From a bacterium (lineage in GTDB: Bacteria > SAR324 > NAC60-12): 16,047 bases of DNA. Below are positions 8,834 through 16,047 of the stretch, in pieces (within the stretch, counting starts at the first letter, position 1; each line of letters starts with the position of its first letter). The position numbers were made by a program, and so were the translations under genes. Location of the stretch: contig CBDDTI010000412.1 of assembly GCA_965233585.1 (NCBI GenBank), positions 1-16,047 on the forward strand, read 5' to 3'. Below the pieces are notes generated by a model. The model did no database searches. It worked only from the letters and a program-made list of their open reading frames with translations, and was not told the origin of the DNA.

Positions 8834-9564
8834 TTATAGGCTTTTCGATTTTTAAATTTTTTTCTTTTCCTTTTTCTCCTTTTCTTTTCTTTTTGCTGCA
8901 GTGATTGACCTTCTACTGGGCTTGCTTGTGGTTAAAAAAACTTTTAAGAAAGCGTCGTCGAGACGGGCAATTTTTACCACAGCCAGGTGTACTGGCAGGA
9001 AATTTTGCTCTGAGCTTTTCACTCAATTTTTTGAGCATTTTCTGTCCATATCTCAGGCTTCATTAAGCCAATCACTCTGATCTGGGCATCATTGCAAAGA
9101 TCTTTTCCTCCTGAGTATAGATGATGCCAATTTTGGTCAAAAAAGTGATGACGTCAGAATTGGAAGAAAGGCCAAGGTTCGTCACGGCCGGTTACGGGCG
9201 ACAAAGAGTCAATGGGTTAAAGGCATTTCGCTTTATTGATAAATGTTCCGAGAACAAATCGCCACGATAGAACATAAGAGTGGCTTTCGTTTAATTGTCA
9301 ACCATAATCCGAAAATTCTTTAGCTTTGTTTTACTTTCTTTAACTGATATAAGGCTGAAATAGGCTGATTGAGAACCTTTATGAAACCTACTCAGACACA
9401 AAACCAAAACCAAACTAAACCAGTGGCCAGGCTGCTGAGCTCATTTGACCGCACTTGGTGCATACTACGCGTATTTCCTTCGTGTTCCGATTGGTTTATT
9501 GCATTGTTTTCGTTCGCTGTTATTGGTTAAGAATGGCTTTTATGGCAATCAGTGTACGAGAGAC

Positions 9565-9653
9565 ATGATCACGTGTCCATTTTTTCCGTCAGTTTTTATG
9601 CTTGCCGTTTCAAAGCGAAAGGGAGAGGTTTCACGTTCGGAGAAAACGTGAGT
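9565..9653 (+). promoter_or_regulatory. Possible promoter and first non-coding exon with 5' splice site
   Basis: E-box CACGTG at 9570-9575, YY1-like CCATTTT at 9577-9583, consensus-like donor GTGAGT at 9648-9653 followed by T-rich intron-like sequence. Motif evidence only. Confidence 0.3.
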
Positions 9654-9893
9654 TAATTGTTTATTGCTAACTGTTGTGTTACATTAGCAATCGTATGCCG
9701 TTTTTGGAAACTGCTTCAGTGCTTCAATCCAATCATTTCAGCTCTCAGATTAGCCGGTTTATGGTTTGCTCTCCATGTCTATAAAAGAAAATGAGAATAT
9801 GATATTCTTAAAAAGCCTGGATTCTACATTTTACCCCTTGTTTGCAGTCTAGTCTTAGAAGACATTTCTTCAAACATATTGACATACAAGGCC

Positions 9894-9998
9894 CTCCCTC
9901 CTCTGCAGAGGCCTCTTTCGTTTTGCTTTGAACAACAGGCTGGTAGTTCAGAGCACTGATTCAATTGCTCATACAGGGAGCCTCTCCGGAGGAGAGAG
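9894..9998. mobile_element. Small MITE (about 105 bp)
   Basis: TIR CTCCCTCCTCTGCAGAGGC (9894-9912) / GCCTCTCCGGAGGAGAGAG (9980-9998). TSD not resolved. Confidence 0.65.
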
Positions 9999-10140
9999 TA
10001 CACAGCCCTGTTTATATGGTCTTGGGTACTGGAGACAGCCCTATCAGACCCTTCTGAGGCAATTTTATCAAGTGGTTATATGAAATGAAGTTGCCCGTCC
10101 CTCCAGATACTAAAGAGAGCAACTGCAAAAATTTCTACAG

Positions 10141-10625
10141 GTCCACTTTTTGAAGGTGCATATATTGAGTGACTTGTTTGGCTTGTCTGGCTCGGCAGTG
10201 GATAAAAGAACTGGGAATAATCTGTATATATGCGCTAAGTCCTAGGTCTATATATTTAGTGGCCCGTTTGGCTTAGCATTGGATGACAAAGGAGCAAACG
10301 AGACAAAGGAGTCGACGGTTAGTTTGATGGATGATTAAAAGTGCCACCATATTCTGTAGTTTAGCCTACTTAAGCTTTTTGCATATTCCAGTGCTCAGTT
10401 ATCCGCCTTCCTTTAGTCGTCCTTCCTGCAGCCCGCATTTGATCACTTTAGACTTCGGTGAGTTATCAGGCCCACCAGCAGGTTACCCTGGTTATGTTGC
10501 TAAAAGTGACTTGCTTTTCACTTCCTCAATGGTAAAAGTTACATGCAGCTCATCTAGGGTCATTGAGGGAGGATTTTCCTGGTTACCTAAGACCAAATAA
10601 GGGGTGTCACAGTGGCCGCGATCAG
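10141..10625 (+). other. Putative internal exon of a spliced non-coding or small-ORF transcript
   Basis: Acceptor TTTCTACAG|G at 10140, donor CAG|GTATGC at 10626, next strong acceptor TTTTTTTTCCTTTGTGCAG|G at 10839. Contains the 89-aa ORF 10331-10600, which has no recognisable homology. Confidence 0.35.
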
Positions 10626-12466
10626 GTATGCTTGTATATCAAAACTTGAGTTCCAAACTCTGGTCAGCTTGAGTTTCTGTTGCTGGATCTTATCATGAAT
10701 ACAAAATTGGTACAGTTGATCAATGATTTACAAATTTGAAGTTTGATTTATTAATTGTGTAAGAATCCAAAATTCTCTATGCAGAGTGTTTGCTGTAGTT
10801 TGTTTGACACGCCTCAGAATTTTTTTTTCCTTTGTGCAGGTGAAAGTGCTGAAAAAAACATTTTTATGTGAAATCTTAAGACCTGATACTGTAAATCAGT
10901 AATTAGTGTTTTATAAAGTATGATATCAGTTTCATGTACATTTGCACATTGTTTCTGCTTGGACAGGGCTTAAAAGGAAGATCGGGTTGGATCTTAATTG
11001 TGAGAATTACATATTTTATGGTAAATACGTATTGAGTTCATGGTGATAGATCTTATCAGGAAATTTATCTTTTAGTTAACATTTCCTGTTGAAAAGAGTT
11101 AGGAATGATATAAAAACTAAAGAGGGAAGGGAGGCCATGTAAACATTTACTTCAATTAAATTCAGTTTAACTAATGAATATTGAGAGGAGTCTTAGTTGA
11201 TCTTTTTGAACCATCGTTCACGACCATCCAAGCAAGTCCCGTTTCCGGCAATACATGCAACCACCATGGAAAGCTATCTATTTATTGTCAATGTACTGTC
11301 AATTAAACAGTTAAAACCCAATCTCGTGTTCTTTTTTGGGTTGTTTGCTGAAAATGTATGCTTGTCACTTGCATAACGCATCTCTTGAAGTGTATAACTG
11401 AATAAACTCGTCAATGGAAAAGGTAACAGGGAACCTAGGATGGAAGGAGCCGGGGAGAAATCAGGCTCGGGATTCATGTTTACAAGTTCAACGTCCCTGA
11501 CTCTCATCTTCATGGCTTTGTAGGTCAGTTAAACTTAATGTAAAATAATTGTTAAAATTATCTCTATTTACATAAGATCTATAATAAAGAAGCATAAAGG
11601 AAATTGATTGATTATCATTTTAAACAAAGAGGCAGTAAAACACAGCACAACACAAAACAATGCACTATATAATATGCTTTCTTGGGAACAGTTAAGCTAG
11701 CCTGGGGTGAAAACTGTGCTAAACATAGAAAGATTCGCGCAAAGGTTGACTCGAGGATATATGGGAGATGGAGGCTGAGGGTGAAGGGCTCCTGGTATTG
11801 ATCGCAGATCATTTTGCATAAGCCAAGTGATTCGTTTTCATCACCATTCAAACCTTTTAAACCATATCAAGATCATCCTATTTTCGTGTCCGTATGGTTC
11901 ATTGTTGGGTTCTCCAGATACCACCCAAGAAACGTGCACAAAGCTTCACTTTACAATAGCGTTAATAGCGATCTCGAAATTTTGCGTGGTTTTGTGTCTT
12001 CGAACATCTAGTTTTTGAAAACCATAGAATTTTTTGACTCAGTATTAACAGGTTTTCTTATTCTCGTAGCCTGTTGATCGCTTTCTTTCAAATTCTTTGA
12101 ACAATCATCGGTTGAATAACTTTTCCGGTGTCATTTTTTTAGCGGCCATTGAAACTTCAAGGATCGGCTCACATGTGACGTCATAATGGCCAAGACTCGC
12201 ATGGCTACGCAAGCAAAGTTGACCTCTCCCCCCTGATTCTCAGCAAAGGAGAACTGTAAACTGCAAACCGCTGACCAGTCGTTTACCCTGTGCCGTAAAC
12301 GTCATTCTGACCTTGGTCTCGATTAAAAACCATCCTTACAGAAATTACAAATGTCGCTAACAGTCTCAAAACGTAACAACAGAACTAAAATCTTCACGGA
12401 AATAGTATCACATGATAATGGTTTTTTTGTGGTAATAGTCCTCGAGTATCGAAATTCGCCAGATGA

Positions 12467-12580
<114 letters not shown>

Positions 12581-12671
12581 AATTTTCTTCATGTTCCAGA
12601 CACACTTTACTCATTTACTCATCCATTCTTTCATTCATCTGCCAACTGACTCATTCGTTATTTCACTCTTA

Positions 12672-12855
12672 GTATAAATATAAATGAAAGGCTGATCGAA
12701 CAGCTAAGGTAAGTTTTAATGGGCATTAAAATTTACCTTAGCTGTTCGATCAGCCTTTCATTTATATTTATACTTTATTGAACACTACTGATCCTAATCT
12801 TCACAAAGATCCGGCTTCACTTCGCTACTGTTTGTGCAAGTGGTCCTTTCTTTAC
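12672..12855. mobile_element. 184-bp insertion with 12-bp TSD whose left part is a near-perfect 102-bp palindrome (probable retroelement fragment with terminal inversion)
   Basis: Direct repeat ATTTCACTCTTA at 12660-12671 and 12856-12867. Arms 12672-12721 / 12724-12773 with a 2-nt spacer and one mismatch. Confidence 0.75.
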
Positions 12856-13162
12856 ATTTCACTCTTACACTGATTTGAACGATGAGTGGAAAAACCAACA
12901 GCGAGACGTCGCGTGTCAGGAAACAAACTTTCTGGTCATACTCGCGCGTTCAATCCAATCCCGCGAGAAACACATAGGAGATAAGTTTGCAGGCACGGTG
13001 ATGACCCTGCTTGGTTGTCATCCACACGCCGATGAACCAGTCCGAGACACTCTACGAACCTGTGTTGGATACATCATTACTGGGGAATATTTTTGCTCGA
13101 ATTCTCGCGAGAAAGGATTTTTACGCGCGCGACGAGGAACTTCTTGTAACACTGGCCGAAAT

Positions 13163-13417
13163 TTAGTCCATTTCCTCTGTTACTGCAGCAGCTTCACCCT
13201 TATTTCCTTGCGCGCCTGAACTCCCCTCGTCCGCCTCTATTCTGTCCATTCTGTCTGACTCGTTTCCATCCGAATGCGACTCGCCTTCAGGAGTAGCGGG
13301 TCGTTTACGTGGTTTAAACCTGGGAAATCTACCACTGAAATCCCTGCCATTGTGGCGTTTAGTACTCTCCTTGGTCCGCATTTGTTCTCGTTTCAGGCGC
13401 TTCAATTTTACCCAAAG
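13163..13417 (-). CDS. Putative terminal coding exon of an unidentified gene (basic then acidic low-complexity tail)
   Basis: Acceptor TTCCGTTTCTTTTTCAG| at 13418. Open frame LWVKLKRLKREQMRTKESTKRHNGRDFSGRFPRFKPRKRPATPEGESHSDGNESD...EEMD*. GC higher than flanks; NLS-like KPRKRP. The reading frame is not certain. Confidence 0.55.
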   Translation of the reverse strand, partial: LWVKLKRLKREQMRTKESTKRHNGRDFSGRFPRFKPRKRPATPEGESHSDGNESDRMDRIEADEGSSGAQGNKGEAAAVTEEMD

Positions 13418-13925
13418 CTGAAAAAGAAACGGAATTTACCTTGATTTCATTAAAATGGGCCATGAACTTCTTTTCCCCATCTTATGGTTGTGCATAATTT
13501 TTTTTCTTGGGCAATAGCTTCTGTAAGAATTGTTTTTTGATATCAAAAAACAATACATGGATAGTACAAAGCACTTGCACTATTTTTTCAGCATTTTTTT
13601 CCGTGCAGGATGTTTTTTCAATAATTGCGGGAATCCTCCACCCCGCCCGTCCCTAAACGTTCCCATTCGTTGGTTATGTTAAGTTACGTAAGTAGAGTAA
13701 TTTAATTATCGATGTATGTGATTAAATAAATGTTTAAGTAAAAAAAACACGTTTTGGTTTAAATTATACATGATTAGAACATCTCTGCTCTTCAACATTT
13801 TTAAATTTCTAAATTTATAGTGATTACTATTAATGTGACAAACAGTAGAATTTAATTGATATCCTTATCGTTTAGGGAGTTTGAACAAGCAAAATCTCTT
13901 TTAAATAAGGAAATAATTCTCGTAC

Positions 13926-13974
13926 CGTTGGTGCATCCATCTTCGTCAGTTTGCATTGGCAACGTGGACTTTGC
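13926..13974 (-). CDS. Putative 49-nt upstream exon of the same unidentified gene
   Basis: Branch-like GCTAAAC, acceptor TAACAG| at 13975, donor |GTACGA at 13925. Splices to 13417 to give QSPRCQCKLTKMDAPT-LWVKLKR without a stop. Confidence 0.45.
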
Positions 13975-14226
13975 CTGTTACGAGTTTAGCACAAAATGGT
14001 ACGTTAGAAATTGTTTTCTGATTACTCGCTCATAATTTATCAACTTTAAACAAAGGAAATCATAACCCTGACGATTTCTAGGTATTTGATCTTTTAGCAG
14101 CTTAGATTTTTACGACTTTATTTGTAGATTTTCTCCTTAGATTTAGTTTCGATTGAGAAGAGATCGTGTTTGAGCGTATTTCCAAACACCTTCAGCAAAG
14201 TTGATCAAAAATATTCCGCTACCCGT

Positions 14227-14704
14227 TGTAATGTTCTTGTTCTAAAGCCACGGCCAAACGATCACAACATTTCAACGCAACATATCGCAACATTGGTGGG
14301 TGCAACATGTTGGGTGCGTTTGGCGACCCTGTTGCGACATGTTGGGTGTTGTTGGCTCAAATTTGAAAATGCTCAGATTTTTCATGCAACATTTGTGGAT
14401 GTTGCATGATGCTGTAGTCGTTTGGCCAGGTTCATGCAACAATGTTGCGCTCAGGCATGTGCGCTAGTTCGATTTTCAACTCGCATTATGTCGCAACACG
14501 TTGGAACAGGGTGGCCAATCGCGTGCAACATGTTGCGCCCAACAATTTTGCGATGTTGCGATTGTTTGGCCGGGGCTTAATAGCACGATGGATCTGGATA
14601 AACACAGCTTAGTAAACAAGATCCAACTTTTATTCCAACATGGCTAGCCCAAACTGGCACAATGCGGATGCCTAGACTTATTCGAAACACCGCTGATCAT
14701 TAGA
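14227..14704 (-). mobile_element. Short solo LTR (about 143 bp after removing the nested MITE) with 5-bp TSD
   Basis: Termini TGTAATG...CATTAGA (one change from the perfect CATTACA). TSD CCCGT at 14222-14226 and 14705-14709. Minus-strand AATAAA (TTTATT at about 14629-14634) upstream of the ...ACA end. Confidence 0.65.
14246..14577. mobile_element. PIF/Harbinger-type MITE with TAA TSD
   Basis: TIR AGCCACGGCCAAACGATCACAAC / GTTGCGATTGTTTGGCCGGGGCT. TAA at 14243-14245 and 14578-14580. Internal GCAACATGTTG palindromic repeats. Confidence 0.9.
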
Positions 14705-14923
14705 CCCGTCGTATTTTCATATCTCCTCTCGGTGTTTTGGAAATGTTGCAGAACGCAATCTCTTGATTAATTTAGTACTCCCCGGATTAGCACAACACGA
14801 GACCCAAACTAATTTACAGGAAATTCTCGGGAAAGCTGAAATATTTTGTTGCAAATAACGCACAAACCGACCACAAACACCTCACGATATGATTAACCAA
14901 CCCATGTAAGTGGTATTTAGCTC

Positions 14924-15414
14924 TTATTAACCGAGCGGGCGGTCTGTATGGGAGAATCTTGACCGAGGTCGTAAGTACAGACCGAACGCAGTGAGGTCTG
15001 TACGCACGACCGAGGTCAAGATTCCCACACAGACCGACTTAGCTCAGTTAATAAAATGTTTATTATATGGCAAAGACAAGAACAATTTAATTTGTTTAAT
15101 GTAACTGGTTTGTACTGACTGACGTTTTGCTTGAGAGCGGCGATGAACCGAATTTAATTCTTCCGAAGTTTACTCGTCCTCTTTACTTTTTTTTCTCATC
15201 AGCTTTTTGGCACTTACAGAAATAAATATTTTTAGATGAAAACAGTCAATGATTTTGCATTTTAGTTTGCAACTTTTTCCAGTCAATTAAAACATTACCG
15301 GTCTAGATCCCAGTCTAGATGGGAAAATCTAGACCGCGGTCAATATCCATTTCAGCCAATCAAATTCGTGAATTCGGTGGTTCCCAGTCCTTGTGAGACA
15401 CAGCCATATAATAA
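14924..15414 (+). mobile_element. Hairpin element E (terminal hairpin plus IR-bounded body; no TSD seen)
   Basis: Hairpin 14924-15054 with apex GAACGCAGTGA (14984-14994). IR TTATTATATGGC (15060-15071) / GCCATATAATAA (15403-15414). GCCAAT at 15355-15360. Confidence 0.85.
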
Positions 15415-16047
15415 TCTTCCTTATTACTTCCTGACCGCGCAAAAGCGTTAAAAAAGTTCAAAGTTAGGGTTTCGGAGCAAACAAAGTAACTAGATTCATT
15501 TTTTTAAAATTTACTATCGTTGACCTTATTTTAGTAATTAAGTCAAGTACTAAGAGATTTCATAATCAAAACTTGTTCTTCGAAAAGCTTTTAGGAAGAC
15601 TCAAGGCTTTAGCTCAAAATAAAGGAGATACTTCAAGGTTTGTCATGCTGAAACGTTTAACCTACATTTGTCAAGTTCGTGGTTTATAATTCGAGTTGGT
15701 CATTTTCACCCTTAACCATCCTTTTTCCTTTATGGTTTATGATCTTCAGTGTTTTTATCTTAGTAAACTATTATTTTCAGGTTTCCTTCAATTTAAAGGT
15801 AATTTTGTATCTGACGAAAAAAACTCGAAGTACCGTGGCAGATCGAACTCCTTCAAAAGTGCCTCAAAAGAAAACCAGGCAGAACCAGGCAGGAGGCGAT
15901 ACAGTCCAAATTACTGATTTCGCTCAAACTTGGCACAAATGCTGGGTTTGGTGAGGATTGGGGCAAAAAAAAAAAAGTAGGTAAAAATGTTTTATTCCCG
16001 TCAAGTCAAGTACCCCCTGCAAAAATGACTAAAAATGCTCAAAAAAA

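Larger units (their letters stand above)
7851..9216. mobile_element. Non-autonomous piggyBac-type element with TTAA TSDs
   Basis: TTAA(7847-7850)-CTCATTGACTC ... GAGTCAATGGG-TTAA(9217-9220). 11-bp TIR with one mismatch; no transposase ORF. Confidence 0.85.
14165..14765 (-). mobile_element. Hairpin element D, split at its apex by a solo LTR
   Basis: ATTTCCAAACACC (14178-14190) pairs with GGTGTTTTGGAAAT (14731-14744), and AAAATAT with GTATTTT. Reconstructed minus-strand apex GACGGGTAGCGGA. Outer boundaries approximate. Confidence 0.65.

Noticed and set aside
9395..9545. CCAAT boxes (ATTGG at about 9491 and 9522) as dedicated promoter elements
   Set aside because: They lie in what looks like a decayed interspersed repeat starting AAAACCAAAACCAAA; function cannot be supported from sequence alone.
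10280..10930. Box C/D snoRNA or telomerase RNA candidates
   Set aside because: No clean RTGATGA...CTGA pair with a terminal stem and no telomere-template motif found by eye.
12595..12665. Degenerate (CACT/CATT)n tract
   Set aside because: Ordinary decayed microsatellite with no further structure.
15430..16047. 91-aa and 73-aa ORFs and a possible transposon end near 15893
   Set aside because: ORFs are low-complexity with non-ATG starts. The sequence looks repeat-like, but no partner TIR or TSD lies within the window.

Overview
Eukaryotic, AT-rich, repeat-dense genomic DNA. The repeat landscape looks like a cnidarian, probably a stony coral; this is an inference from recalled repeat motifs, not a search. 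One gene is clearly recognisable: HSD17B10 on the minus strand, with coding exon 1 at 3276-3467, a 3.2-kb intron and the next exon running off the left edge. The 3' end of an unidentified minus-strand gene probably lies at 13163-13974, and a spliced plus-strand transcript with little coding capacity may lie at about 9580-10840+. Most of the rest is nested mobile DNA whose boundaries can be read from TIRs and TSDs. The nests are: (1) a tRNA-derived SINE split by a 5-bp-TSD hAT5-like element that carries a MITE; (2) a 3.3-kb IS3EU-like foldback with a TIR element exactly at its symmetry axis, plus a TSD-less hairpin element and a Penelope-like fragment with a variant hammerhead ribozyme in one arm; (3) piggyBac > Harbinger MITE > hairpin element; (4) hairpin element > solo LTR > Harbinger MITE. 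The most striking pattern is five sequence-unrelated hairpin elements, none with a visible TSD, that share a GA-stem-GN(N)A-stem-GA apex. Three of them also share polarity, an asymmetric inverted repeat and a GCCAAT motif, which suggests a common single-strand-DNA mobilisation mechanism.
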